Under the pieces are notes generated by a model. That model was given only the letters and a program-made list of their open reading frames with translations. It made no database searches and was not told the origin of the DNA. Source: Takakia lepidozioides (Eukaryota > Plantae > Bryophyta). Taken from it: DNA of 64,000 nucleotides. Below are positions 25,441-38,400 of this stretch, in pieces. Where the stretch lies: assembly GCA_030704615.1 (NCBI GenBank), contig CM060732.1, forward strand, positions 21,328,001 to 21,392,000. Reading direction: 5' to 3'. Position 1 is the stretch's first letter, and each line of letters starts with the position of its first letter. A program made the position numbers and the translations under genes.

Positions 25441-28400
25441 TCAACGCTTCTTCCGCTTTTGAGGTCGCCCTTCGAAAGCTGCAACCGCCTCGGACGCGTT
25501 TCCCATTTCTGAGGCACGCACCCAAGATGCCTCCACATGATGATAGCCCTTCCATTTGACGAGATACTCCGTTTCTCGGTTCTTGAACCTCCTCGACTTA
25601 AGTATTGCCTCCACCTCGTACTCAGGTTCATTTTCATGATCCAACAGCGTAGGTGGCGGACGCAACACTTGATGCCGATTCGGACGTGCTTCATCTTTGA
25701 AGTAAGGCTTCAAAAGGGAGACATGGAATACTGGGTGCACTTTGCTGTTTGCCGGCAGCTCCAATTCATACACATCCTCATTCATTCATAACCTTCCGAA
25801 TGCGAAAGGGTCCCGCATACGGAGGCACGAACTTCGGGCTCACTTCAGGAGGTAGTCGGAAATTCTTGATGTTCAACCAGACCTCCGTGCCTGCCTCAAA
25901 CTTCACTTCCCTCCGCTTCCGATTCGCCTGCCTTTCATACCGTTTCCTAGCTTTGGCAATGTTGTACTTTGCGAGCTTCAACAAACGCTCGCGTTCTTCC
26001 AGTACCGCCGCTACTGCCGGTTCCTCAACGTCCTGGGCGGCCCAACTTGTCGGCACCAGAGGTGCTTTTCCATAGACCAATACGAAAGGGGAAACTCCCG
26101 TTGCGGAGTGTTCTGTGTTATTATAACAGAACTCTACCGCGTCTAAGTGTTCCACCCAGTCTGATTGGTCTGTCGACACGTAATTCTGCAAGATCTGCTT
26201 CACTACAGAATTCACTCTTTCCGTTTGGCCGTCGGTCGTAGGTCGAAAGGTGGTGCTCATCTTCAGCCTCGTCCCCCTTTAAGACGTGGGCAAAGTAAAG
26301 TCGCCCTGTCTCCTGCGCCGTTGCCGTCTCCTTGATGGGGATGAAATGTCCCATTTTACTGAACCTATCCACCACCACCATGATTGCATCGAATCCTTTT
26401 GACAGCGGCATAACAGTCATGATGCATCGAGACGCTTTCCCAAGTCCCCTCTGGAATCGGCAAGGGTTGTAATAGCCCCGCTTGCTTTTTGTACTCGCTC
26501 CGGTTTTGTTGGCATGTGGTGCATGTCTTGACATACTCCTCTGCCTCCTCCCTCAGTTTGGGCCAGAAATACTCCTTCTTCAAGAGTGCCGCAGTGCGCT
26601 TGGCTCCGCCGTGGCCCGCAAGCGGGCTATCATGGCATTCTCTCAAGAGACTATCCCTGATCCCTCCCTTCGGCACGTAGAGACGCGTTTGCTTATACCG
26701 GAGCAGTCCATTTTGCAAGTAGAACTGCGATTTAACCCCCATCCTCAAGTCTTGCATCACGGACTTCGCCAGCTGTTCCTTCCGGCAAGCCTTCCGGATC
26801 TTCCTTTGGAGTGCCGTCTCGCCCCTGTGCACCAACATGAGCTGCTGCTTTCTACTTAAAGCATCGCCACCACATTGTCCCGTCCCGGTTTGTACTGGAT
26901 ATCCACGTCGAACACCGCCAAAGTATCTTGCCACCTAAGTTGTTTTGGGGACAACTTGGGCTGCGTGGCAAAATACTTCACCGTGACATTGTCTGTGAAC
27001 ACCTTCACTGGGTTGGAACCAACATAGTGGCGCCAAAGCTCAAGGCAATGCACCACTGCCTTCATCTCTTTTTCGTGCGTCGGCCACCGTCACTCCACTT
27101 CATTCAGTTTCTTACTTTCATAAGCCACTGGACGTCCATCTTGCATAAGTACACCCCCAATCGCGAAGTCCGATGCATCTGTATGAATCTCAAACGGACG
27201 ATCGAACTCGGGGATTTTCAAGACTGGAGCTTCCGCCATCCACTGCTTCAATTCAGCAAAAGCTTGGCCACAAAAAGTATTCCATGCCCAGACTTTGGAT
27301 TTACACAGAAGGTCAGACAGCGGCCCCGCGATCTTGGCGAAATTTCTCACATACTTCCGGTAATAGGAGGCGAGTCTTAGGAATGATCGCACTCCCGGGA
27401 CCGAAGTCGGAGGCTCCCAGTCCAAGATTGCCCTCACCTTTCTGTCATCCATTTTGATCCCACCCTGTATAATCACATGCCCCAAGAACTCCACTTTCGT
27501 GACCCCGGCACTTTGAAGCTTTGGCATACAGCTTCCCTTCCCGCAATTTCTGGAACAGCCTTTTGAGGTGCTCCTCCTTTGTTTTCGAGTACACCAAGAT
27601 GTCGTCGATGTACACGATCACAAAGTCATCCAACCACTCCTGAAAAAGGCTGTTCATTAGCGTGCTAAAGGTCGCGGGTGCATTGGTGAGCCCAAAAGGC
27701 ATCACCAAGAACTCATATGAACCATACCTTGTCCTGCACGCGGTCTTCTCCTCATCTCCTTCCGCCACCCGAATTTGATGGTAGCCGGAGCGCAAGTCGA
27801 TCCGGCTGAAGTACTTCGCTCCTGCCAACCGGTCGAAAAGGTCGTCGATCCTTGGCAAAGGGTACCGGTTTTTAATAGTCACCTTATTCAGAGCCCTGTA
27901 ATCGACACACATCCGCAACGTCCCATCCTTCTTGTCTGCGAATAGCACCGGGGCTCCGTAAGGTGACTTACTCAGTCGGATGTACCCCTTTGACATTAGA
28001 TCCTTGAGCTGAATCTTCAGCTCGACCAACTCTCTGTGGCTCAACCGGTAGGGCGCCTTGGCAGGCGATTCCGATCCCGGTATCACCTCAATCTTGTGGT
28101 CAACTCCTCTTCGCGGTGGCAAGCCGCTTGGTAAATCCTCCGGCATCACATCTTGGTATTTCTCCAAAATCCCCTTGATCCAATCTGGGCTCGGCTCCCC
28201 ATCGCCTTCTCCCTTCACTTCTCTAATGTAAAGCAAAAACTGGGGTTCGTGTGCCTCCTCCACGGCCCACTCCCTTGCTGACAGAAGGTTTATTCGCCCT
28301 CCCACGGATTTGGGCGTTTCCGACACTCGTAAGACCTCGCCACCATTCCCACATGGCAGCGTGACTACTCTCTTGCGGCCATCTATGACCGCTCCGGATT

Positions 28401-29872
28401 TGCTCAAAAAGGTCATCCCCAAAATGAGATCTACTCCATCGATCTCGCAGATGGTGAAGTTCTCACGTCCCTCCCAACTCCCCAGTTGAAGAGGAACATC
28501 AAACGCCAACCTTGTCGCCAACTGTGGTTCTTCTTTGGCAGAACGCACCTCAATAGAGGCCCCCACGTCACTTGTCGGGAGTCCCAGCTTTTGTGCCGTT
28601 GCCGGTGTCATGAAGGAGTGCGACGCTCCTGTGTCCACCAACAATGACACGTTAGTTCCGGATATTATCCCATCCACGAACAGTAACTGACTCCTTTTAC
28701 GTAAGGCGCCAATTTCCTGATACAACTCACAAGAAAATGTGCCTACCTTGCAAGTCCTGGCGACCACCGCTTCCACCAGGCGACTGATGGTATTTTCTGA
28801 CAGCTCTGTGGTCGCCCGAGTCATGTTCAACTGTCGGGGCTTTGTGCACTTCTTGGCCATGTGCCCGGGCTCCCCGCAATTGAAACACACTCCATCAAAG
28901 GTCGCCTTCTGTCCGCCATAAGCCGCTGCACCTGCTTTTCCTTTCGGAGCACCAGGTGCAGCCTTGACGTGTGAAGGCCCTCCCTTCGATTTCCACGTGC
29001 CATTATCGCCGCGTGGCCTATCCCACTTTTTTTTTCCGGTCGGAAAGAGTCACCTTCCCGCCGGGCCTTCTTGTGGTTCAGCTCCGTACGGCCTTGTCTT
29101 TCACCCCTAGGGACATCCGAGAAACATTCCGCCCTCTCAATTGCCTCGTTCAAAGTCTTAGGCGGCTTCTCCTCCAACTTCCGCCTGGCCCATGGGGCCA
29201 ATCCCGCCACAAAGTTGAAGACCATTTCTAGTTCTGCCATGTCCGCGACTTCGAGCAGCAGCACATTGAAAGCCTGAACATAACCCCGAATGTCATCCAT
29301 TTGCTTCAAATTCCTCATCTTGTCCCGGGCAAGCCAGGACGCGTTGAGGGGCACAAACTCTCTTCATCAATTCCTTGAACCCACTCCAGTTCAAGGTTTC
29401 CGGGCTCGGATCTCGGTCGTGAAGGCATTTCTGCCACCATTGTTGAGCATAGCCCCTCAAATAGGTGGGAGCCACTTCCACCCGATCCTCGTCACTCAAC
29501 TTGGCCGCCCGGAAGTACTACTCTAGCTCCAGGAGCCAGGTGTTGAGTGCCTTCCGATTTCGGACGCCCTCGAAGGTGTCGGGTTCCTTAGGCTTCACCT
29601 TAAACTTTGCCTTAGTGGAAGTGGCATTAGCCGCCTTCAACACGTCTTTCAACGTCCCGCCAAACTACGCCAACAACCCTTCCCAAAAGGCTGCCGGCAT
29701 GGGAGGCATCTCTTGGTTTGTCGGAGCTCTCAAGGATTCCTCGGGCTCCGACTCCTCGAGCGGCCTCGTTTTCGGAAACATGCATCGTTTCCTCAAACGG
29801 CCGCCTCGGTGACACGTTGCCCCCATCTGGCTCACCAGGATCATCATCTTTTGGGCCGTTCCGCTTCCGCTT
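25441..29872 (-). pseudogene. Chromovirus gag-pol, multiply frameshifted
   Basis: [14 protein letters not shown]; [10 protein letters not shown]; [11 protein letters not shown]...YIDDIL; TDASDFAIGGVL; HDSPLAGH...CTTC; DGQTERVN; chromodomain EYEVEAIL...YLVKWKGY (25441-25785). Confidence 0.93.
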
Positions 29873-29945
29873 CGGCTTGCCCGACCCCATGATGAGGCCA
29901 ATCCCAAGGACGATCGCGTACTGAACTCTAAGCTCTGATACCAAG

Positions 29946-30669
29946 TGTCGCGCACCTCACTTCGGTAAGCTCCCCTTCAAGTCATAGTTACTCGCTTTGA
30001 TGCGCGCGCCTGACTCCCAACCTGGCCGCCGGGCCAACTTGGAGCTTCGGCTGCTCACCGGGACATAACGGTCCCCCTTCGCTCCCCCGAAAGACCCTCC
30101 ACCTATTTGGGCCTAGTGGAATTCCTTTTGGTAGATGGCAGTCCGGAACAGCTCCCCACTCTTTGGTCGTTTTCCGGCTCGCTCGCTTACTCACTAGTTT
30201 TTGGTCACCAACGGGCTTGCACCGTTCTCGGGGTTACTACTCCCTATATATACTTCTGTAGCTATCCGCGGGGGTTCCACAAACAGCCATGCCATTTTAT
30301 GGTGAACCACCACGAAGACCCTCGATTCCCGGTGGTGAGTCGCGGTGAGTCTTGGCCCACTCACCGCGGCCCCAATGGACCGTGATGAGTCCCAAGACTC
30401 CCCACGACTCCCACCTCGAGGTCTCCACCCCATGGTGAGTCCTATGCCACCCCCACTAAGTCTCGCTAAGCTACCACCACCCCTTGTGGAGCCACCCCCA
30501 CCGCAACCCGGTGTGCGGGGCTCCGCCTAGTGAGCGCCTCCGCCTCCTTGAGTACCTTGGGCACTCAAGGGTGCTTCAGCCCCCGTATCTATCGCTGCTA
30601 CTGCCCCCACCACAGGGGCAGCCCCTTCTGTGTCCCAACCCCCTACCCTCAAGGCAAAGGGCCGCGACA
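29946..30669 (-). repeat. Chromovirus 5' LTR
   Basis: Adjacent to the tRNA-iMet PBS. Confidence 0.96.
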
Positions 30670-31348
30670 ACAGGTACTACAACAGGAGTTGCAACCTCAC
30701 CCAAAGACACATCCCTATTTTGCAGAATCCATGTATGATATGCATTAACAGACGAATTTGGAACAAAGTTCACCACATTTTCAACCGTCATGGCATGCTT
30801 GTCTTCCGCATCAGGAAAGGGTTTTGTTCATTTTGGTCTGGCCATATAAGCGGCCGTTCCATCGACAATATGCCAATTTAACCTGCTCTTATCTACCTTT
30901 ACTTTCCCACAGTCAGGACATTTGAACTTAGGCCATCCCTTTGCTCCTTCCACCTAGCCTCTCTACACCTGGTGTGGCAGTAGGCGATCATTGTAGCATG
31001 CTCATGCTCAGTGTACCAGAAGCGAACTTGTTCGCCATCCCTCTTCAAGTGATCATATGGAACATTTACAGCCTCTCCAGGGAACAGATAACAAGCAGCC
31101 ATGGCAAAACAAAAAGCTGGCCAAACCCCAAGAGAAGAGAAGAGAATAGCAAGAGCAAGAGAATTGCGAAGAGAGCAGAGCAAGGAACGCGGGAAGGAAA
31201 CGAAAGCACTGCGATAAGGCAAAAAGTGAATAATGAATGTAACAACGAAGCTAACTAGATCTGACCCGTAAGGCACATCAGTTAAGCAAAAGACGACGGT
31301 TCATTTAAATCTGGCGGAAAACATTCAATTATATCCGCACTTGCTCAC

Positions 31349-31890
31349 ACGTGTGAGCGTGACACTCCGACTGTAACCTGGAAAGGTGGGGTGTAACCCT
31401 AAACCCTAAACGTGTGAGGGCGACAATCCGACTGTAACCTGGAAAGGTGGGGTGTAACCCTAAACCCTAAACGTGTGAGGGCGACAATCCGACTGTAACC
31501 CGCATGTGAGACACGTGGAGTGTAACCCTCGATCATGTAGCCCTATAGGATGTAACCCTTCAGCACGTAATATTCCTATGAGAAAAATGATACCTCATGT
31601 ACCCCTAGTCTATGTGACCCCCGAACACAACATCCATGTAACCTTGTCATATATACCATCAGTATGTAATCTCCACTATGTAACCATGCTCAATGTAACC
31701 CCCGACCATGTAACCCTAGCCTATGTGACTCCCTGTCATGTAAACCATCAAACATGTAAACCCCGCGTAATCCTCCATTACTAAACCCTCTACCATGTAA
31801 CCATGCACCATGTAGCGTTCCGTTGAGAAAAAAAAACACCATGTAACCCCCTTGGTGTAACGATAGCACTGACCCTGTCATATAAACCAT
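31349..31890 (-). repeat. TGTAACC motif array, starting with a 61-bp tandem repeat (x2.5) containing (CCCTAAA)2
   Basis: Units start at 31349, 31410 and 31471. CATGTAACC cores continue to ~31890. Confidence 0.8.
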
Positions 31891-32259
31891 TAAACATGTA
31901 ACTGATTGACAGTGATTGCAGAACACGAAGGATTCGATATGTATTACATCCAAAATAACGATGAGAAGGTTGCCCTGGCTTGTGTGTGTTACAAAGATAC
32001 ACAAGAGTAGAGTGATTGGGCATAACCTCCATTGAGTGGTTGCGTGTTGGCGTAGACCAAAACGAACAAAACCATTTCCTACTGCGGATCTCAAGAATGC
32101 CATAGCCATGAGGGAGAGAATGACATAAAGAAAGAAAAGGATAGAGACAACCGTATCAAACGCCGTAGTAATACATTTCCGGATTGCTGCGTGGAAAGCA
32201 TTGTCTTGCATGTTGTTGGGAGGAAGATACCACTGTTGGGCGGTTCTTAGTTTTTTTAA

Positions 32260-32830
32260 ATATCCGCTGGGTCCGGATACTTGACAAATTAGAGAATGAT
32301 ATATCCTGCGGATCCGGATATTAGAATAATTTGTATTTCTAATATCCGACGGTTATGCATAGTGAAAGTTTTTAAAAATCTGCCGGATATAAATAAGTCC
32401 AGATATTTAGATTTTAATATCCGGCTGTTATAGAGTAATCCGGATAAAAATAATCATGAAATATATATATTTTTTTAAACAGGGGGATTGTAGCCCTGAT
32501 TTAACTTTATTGAGATTTACTCGCAATTTGTTTCAATTTTTTAATCAATTTAAATTATTAAAATTCTAATAAATTATTAATATTTTATTTTATTTTCTTG
32601 TATCCGGTTGAGATCCGGTATTTTGGCTACATATCCGGATACAGTCCGGTTATTAAACTTTTTTATATTCGGTGGGTAGGATCCTATCCGGATCCTCCGT
32701 TTTATGTATCCGCCGGATATTAATAATAGCCGGATATCAAATAGTTGCCGGATCCGGATCTGGATACATTGATATCCGGGTTGATATCCTACTATTGATA
32801 TCCTGATGACTCTATATCTGTCCAACATGA
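32260..32830. repeat. ATCCGG/CCGGAT motif cluster, typical of non-autonomous DNA transposon subterminal repeats
   Basis: Dense (T)ATCCG(G) and CCGGAT(A) cores in both orientations on an AT-rich background. Confidence 0.6.
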
Positions 32831-32899
32831 GTAATTAGGGTTTCGGCCTCCATCCACCATTCGGCCGTCGGATACTTGACACCTATATGGATTGGATGA

Positions 32900-33890
32900 A
32901 ATGAGAGGTTGTTACATGAGGAGAGGTTACACATGTGAGAGGGTTACAGAAGGTGGGGTTACATGGAATGGAGGGTTCGTGGAACGGGAAATGGGGGTTA
33001 CACGGGCCACAGAGGGTGACAAGGGCCGGGGGTCAGAGTGGGAGGGTTACGGGAGGCTATGGTTACACGTCGGGGTTACAGAGGGTGACACAACACATGG
33101 GGTGGTGATACACGGTGAGGGTTACATGTCGGGGTTACAGAGGTTGACTCAACACATGGGGCGGGGGTACACGGTGAGGGCTACATGAGCGGGGTTACAG
33201 GGGCTGACCTTCATGGGATTACATGGGGTGTCACGAGATGGGGGTTACACTGACTCAGCACATAGGGCGGGGTTACACGGTGAGGGTTACATGAGGTGGA
33301 GTTACAGGGGCTGACCTACAACGGGTTACATGGGGTGTCACGAGATGGGGTTACAGGGAACTGGCGGGTTGGCGAGCTGGCGGGCTGGGGTTACACATCG
33401 AGGTTATAGAGGGTGACTTAGCACATGGGGGAGGGTTACACAGAAAGGTTACATACTGTGGGGTTACACGAGGTGGAGTTACAGGGGCTGACCAGCATGG
33501 GTTTACATGGGGTGTGGGTTACAATGAAGATGGGGTTGCAAGGAACTGGAGTTACACGACGAGGGGTACACGGTGAGGGTTACATGAGGTGGGGCAATAG
33601 GGTGAGGGTTACACGTGGTGGGGGTTACATGGGATTACATAACGGGAGGGTTATATGATGCGGGGTTACATGGGGTGGGGTTACAAGGGCTGATGTGCAC
33701 GGGGTTACACGAGGAACTGAAGTTACACGGAGAGGGGTACATGGGGCGGGGTTACACAGGAGGGGCAGGGTTACATAGAGTGGAGGGTTACATGGAGTGG
33801 AGGGTTACATGGAGTGGAGGGTTACACTACAAGGGCTGACGTGCACGGGGTTGCATGGGGCGTGGGTTACAAGGAGGATGGGGTTACAAG
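32900..33890 (+). repeat. G-rich GGGGTTACA motif array (~1 kb)
   Basis: Dozens of G2-4TTACA cores, strongly strand-biased. Confidence 0.85.
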
Positions 33891-34268
33891 GAACTCAGGG
33901 GCTGGTGGAACCAGCGGACTGGTGTTGTAGGACGTCGCCGCCCCCGTCGATGCCGATGGAATGAGAGCGGGGTGGGGAGGATTTGACCGAGCCCCGCCGG
34001 CTCGTTTTCGATGGCTGCCGGAGGCGGAGATCCGGCGGTATCGGGTGCCAGGCCGGGAAGGGCCTGATGCGCTTGCATTAAGTTGTTACATTATTCCTAT
34101 TATCTTCCTCAATCGCCATACCATTACCTACACCTCCACCGTCTTCCTCGTTTGAGTATTCTACCAGGGCCACTGTTCCTGTTCACCAAAATATATATAT
34201 GTATATTAGTAATATAAATATTTATGTATTATATGTACATTATTTATATTTACTGTATTTTACAAAGA

Positions 34269-35042
34269 TTTTTTTTTTTAAATTTCTTGATATTTTATTA
34301 TGTGAGGGGAAAAAATAAACCCCTGTGGGGCCATAAGGCAAACACACCTGACGGTGAGGGACGAACCCAGAGTACTCTTAACGGAGAAAAATCCATCCAA
34401 GAGGATGAGGTGGAATGCTACGATTAAGAACAACAGCTAGGAGAGATTTATCTTTGGATACTTGATAATTGACATAATTTTAATAAAAAATGGCACTTGA
34501 ATGATACTGGTATTTACATTTGAGATCAGCTTGTATTGTGATCATGGTCTCTTTCTGCTTCATAGTTTGTTGGCTGGTAGTCCTTGGTCATGGGGAGGTT
34601 CCCCCTCTGTTAGCCTTCACGGTCCCCCCTAGCTGGTTATTTTTCCACCTTTTTGTATCTCTTTTATTAATTTGATTAAAAGGGCCTATGTTCCCTTTCT
34701 TTAAAAAACAAAAACAAAATCATGATATTCAGTACTCATACTAGTGTCCAAATAAAATTCATCTGACATTATATATACTTGAAGATTGGTATGACATTTG
34801 AACCAAAAAAAATAAAATGTTGGGGCATTCAGGAAGGCACATTTAAAGACCCAACAGTGCTTTATAATTCTGATAATCTAGATTTACACTAGGGTCTTGG
34901 ATCATGGCAAATCCGTAGGAAACTGCGGTGTGTGTGCCTCATGGTGTAAAAGGGGTTTTAATTTTTTCCCCCGAATAATTTGCAATAAATAACCAGGGAC
35001 TCTGTCCCCTGGTCATCATATTAAAAAAAAGAAAAAAAGAAA
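34269..35042. mobile_element. Cluster of short 5'-truncated retroposon (LINE/SINE) 3' tails
   Basis: AGGG..CCCT hairpin + poly(A) at ~34680-34720 and ~34990-35042. 34295-34345 is an inverted relative of 34930-34985, with poly(T) at 34268-34279. Confidence 0.5.
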
Positions 35043-35431
35043 TTGGGGGAGACCTTTGGTACTCATACCAGGCTAGTATATCCTAAACTTGATACCAGAC
35101 CAATACTGATGCAGTCCACCTATTGCCAGCTTCACTCAATTCAAATTTATCCTGCATCAAGAATCTGGGGAAAGAAGCCTCCTTGATCTTCTCCTGTGTC
35201 ACTAGATGTTCTCTTGACATGTGAAAAAGCGTCAATGCATTTGTGCACCCTGTATATGGAAGAAAAAAGCCAAACAAATCGGAGGCCCTTAGGGCTTGCA
35301 AGAAAGGCACGTTATTGTTCCTATCTGCGTGTCGAAATCAGCATCAATTTGATGCTTGGTGGTATAGTCTGTTCCAGTTCCTGCTCCTACTGCACCATAC
35401 TCTTTTAATTATCCTAGCCCAGAGCAGCGCT

Positions 35432-38400
35432 TTACGGCTCAACATGTCCAACCAGCATGGAGGTGCTCTTAGCTTTTCGAGGAGGCTGACATGAGACTCG
35501 TCTGCATGCCAAGTCACTGTCGACTACCCAAAGATCCAATGCTTTCAGTCTAGGAATGAAACTAGAGGGTTCACATTTTGCCAATTCATCTAGTAACACT
35601 ATATGTGTCTCTGCCATAGACAAGTTCCCCAAACTGGGTAAATCTTCAAACTCAACTAACAAGTTTGGCACTAGAGCTTTCACGCGGACATTCTCCTCTG
35701 ACTGTACACTCCACGAGAAATTCTGCCATGCACTCTTTCCTTGCTCGATCTGTTCATTTCCTGGAGCAGCTTTTGCTGCTGCTAGAAACTCATCCACTAA
35801 CTTGCCCCATATTCTTACCGCTTCTGGTGAACTCCGTATGTACATAAGACCCAAGTTATATGTGTCTCCTGATTCTATGCCTGCAATGTCAGCCTTCACT
35901 TCTTCGATGTGGGTGCTAACAGAAGCGAGTGCATTTCTGATCCAAATGGCATCTGCCCTTGTAAGCCACACACTGTAACCCAGTTTCAGCACTGACTGTA
36001 CAGCTTGCACAGCAATCAAATCCCGCACAACATCATTGATCCCTTCTCTTTGATCTTTACCAAAATGTGCTGGAATCTGTTTCATGTCTGTGCTTAGCTG
36101 GGAGCACATCACTGCATGCCCTTGCCTGGCCAAGTCCTCTGCAAATTCTCCATCCTCACCGAGAATGATATACTGATTTATTCCAAGGCCTTTCATCTTG
36201 CACACCCAGTTTCGAACCAGCACTTCGGTCACCCCCACAATGTTCACCATTAGCACTGTCCCCTTCACCTGGATGGAGGCCACAGTGGTATCAAGCTGGC
36301 TCAGGGTCTTGGCAAGCCTCCCTCTCTTGACTTCACTGAAGCAGTAATCATAGCTTTGCATCAGCTTCAGTGGTACCATCTCCCACAAGCTGATATTACC
36401 TAACTTCTCTAAAGTGATCAACTGAGAGTCAGGCCCCGCATTTATGTTGTAATTAACACCTGCGTCCCTGTGGGAGACGCTCAGGGCTCTCTCACTCTGA
36501 AAGTTGGTGTAGAGGTTGAAGTAGCTCCGTGAATACACAAACTTCACAAACCACGGTGTCCAGATCCTCTCTCCCAGCTTCTTGTACCACCCATTGGTAA
36601 CCATACCTTTCAAGATAGGCTTTACTCCCTTGCTCTTTCGGTTGTCGTACCAAAGCCGAAACTCCTTCCAGGGCTTTGGGAAGAACAATTGTCCCCATGT
36701 GCCCACCATTTGATACAAAAACAAGGCGTTCGTACTGTTCACGTCGAGTGGATTCCCCCCCTTTCCAGGCACAAAGCGGGGCCGCTGGAGAGAAATGCCA
36801 TAGATGGAAGGATCGAAGTTGTGGGAGTCGTAGTAATATGTAGCAATAATGCTGCGTAGATAGCGGTAAAAGAAGGGAGAAAGCTCCAGGTCGTCTTCCA
36901 GGATCAAAGCAAACTCGTCGTTGCTCGAGGGCCACCAAGCCTCCACCCATTGCCCCTGCAGCCCGACATTTTGGCTTCGATAATGCACGTCCTTCGGGCC
37001 ATGCACCCACTTGAAATCGTCAACATACTTGAGGATTGCATGGGCTTCCATTAGATCTTCATCTATGGGCTTGGATTTGTTTCTCTGTGAGAAGTGCTTG
37101 CCTTTCCGAGTTTTCTCCTTTCCTGCACCCTGTTTCTGAGCTTCCACTTTCGCATCATACTTTCCAGCCAAGCTATCTTGGAGCTCTTCCTCTGTTCCGT
37201 CTTTCGAATTATTCTTCTCCGTGTATTCACTCGGCATTCGGGAATTTCCTTCCTCAGCATCCCCAATTTGCTCCCTTTCTATGTGGAAAATTTGATGGTC
37301 GATCCCCACAGGCCCGGAATTTCCGGGACCGGACGCTGTCTGTACATCACCCTCGCCCGGTAGACTGCTTAGAACACCGGAGTTCGTATCCGACTTTTCC
37401 TCTTTCCTTGTTAGTTTTGCTATTTCTTTGTGAAGCTTCCCAGCTCCGGTTTCCCCTGTCTCTCGGTCTAAGTCTGTGAGAAGATAGCCATCATCCGATT
37501 CCACCTTTGCATCACCCCCTTCAGCACCTGTCAATGTCCCTTCCGATATTTCCCTCAAGTTCTCCTCCTTCACAACAACCCCAGCTTTCCCGACCTCCTT
37601 CACAGCATCCACATCATCTCCCCTCAGGAAAACAGGCCCACTTTCACTTAATTGTTTCCCACTAAGACTCCCCAGTCGCAAACTACGGTGCCCCGGCCCA
37701 GTCTCAGCGACCCCATTGTAGCTGTTCCCTTGAGTGGGTCCTTTCTGTACAGACACAACAGTCCTCAAATCATCTACGGGACCGCTCTCCTCACCCGTCG
37801 CATTTCCTTGCACTTCAACCGTTGGGAATTCCAAAGACTCGTCAAACCTAAAATGGTCAACAAGAATGTGAAGCTTCACCGTATCCCCCCCATAATCTGC
37901 TCGTGCCAGAGATTCGAGGCACCGGGTCAACGAGCTCAGCCTGTTGAAAGCCAACACCTTGATTAGCATCCGAAATTCTTTGGGCACTACACTTGACTCT
38001 ACGAATATTTCAGGCGGGACTTGCTCTCCAGGGAAATCCTTCTCGATTGTTGACCTTGCGGACTCCCCATTTCCCACAATGAGTAGTTCAGATGGCACTG
38101 GTTTCTGCACCTCGCTTCCTTTGGAGGTACTATTGCAATCAAGGGTACACAACCCATCGTCCTTTCTGTATTGCCTTCGTTCTCTCTGCTTCTCTGAATC
38201 TGTGTCTTCCGTTGACAGACCCTCTTTCGAACGACCTTCAGACAAGCTCCCATGTTCACTACCCTCAGACAGGGCGGCGTCAGCTTCGGCAGTGATGGTG
38301 GGACCCTTGGTGTAAGTAGCAATGTGATAACCTGTCAGCAGAAAAAGCAACACCCCAACAATCAACGCAACGAAACTACGCGAGTCGATCCTCTTCCTCA

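Larger units (their letters stand above)
23812..30669 (-). mobile_element. Full-length Ty3/Gypsy chromovirus (coding region decayed)
   Basis: 724-bp LTRs 23812-24535 and 29946-30669 (TG..CA). TSD ATAGG/ACAGG. PBS TGGTATCAGAGC at 29932-29943. PPT GGTAGGGGTGTG. Order gag-CCHC-PR-RT-RH-INT-chromodomain. Confidence 0.97.

Noticed and set aside
23854-30791. Short duplicated ORFs near 23.9-24.7 kb and 30.0-30.8 kb
   Set aside because: They lie within the GC-rich LTRs and are not genes.
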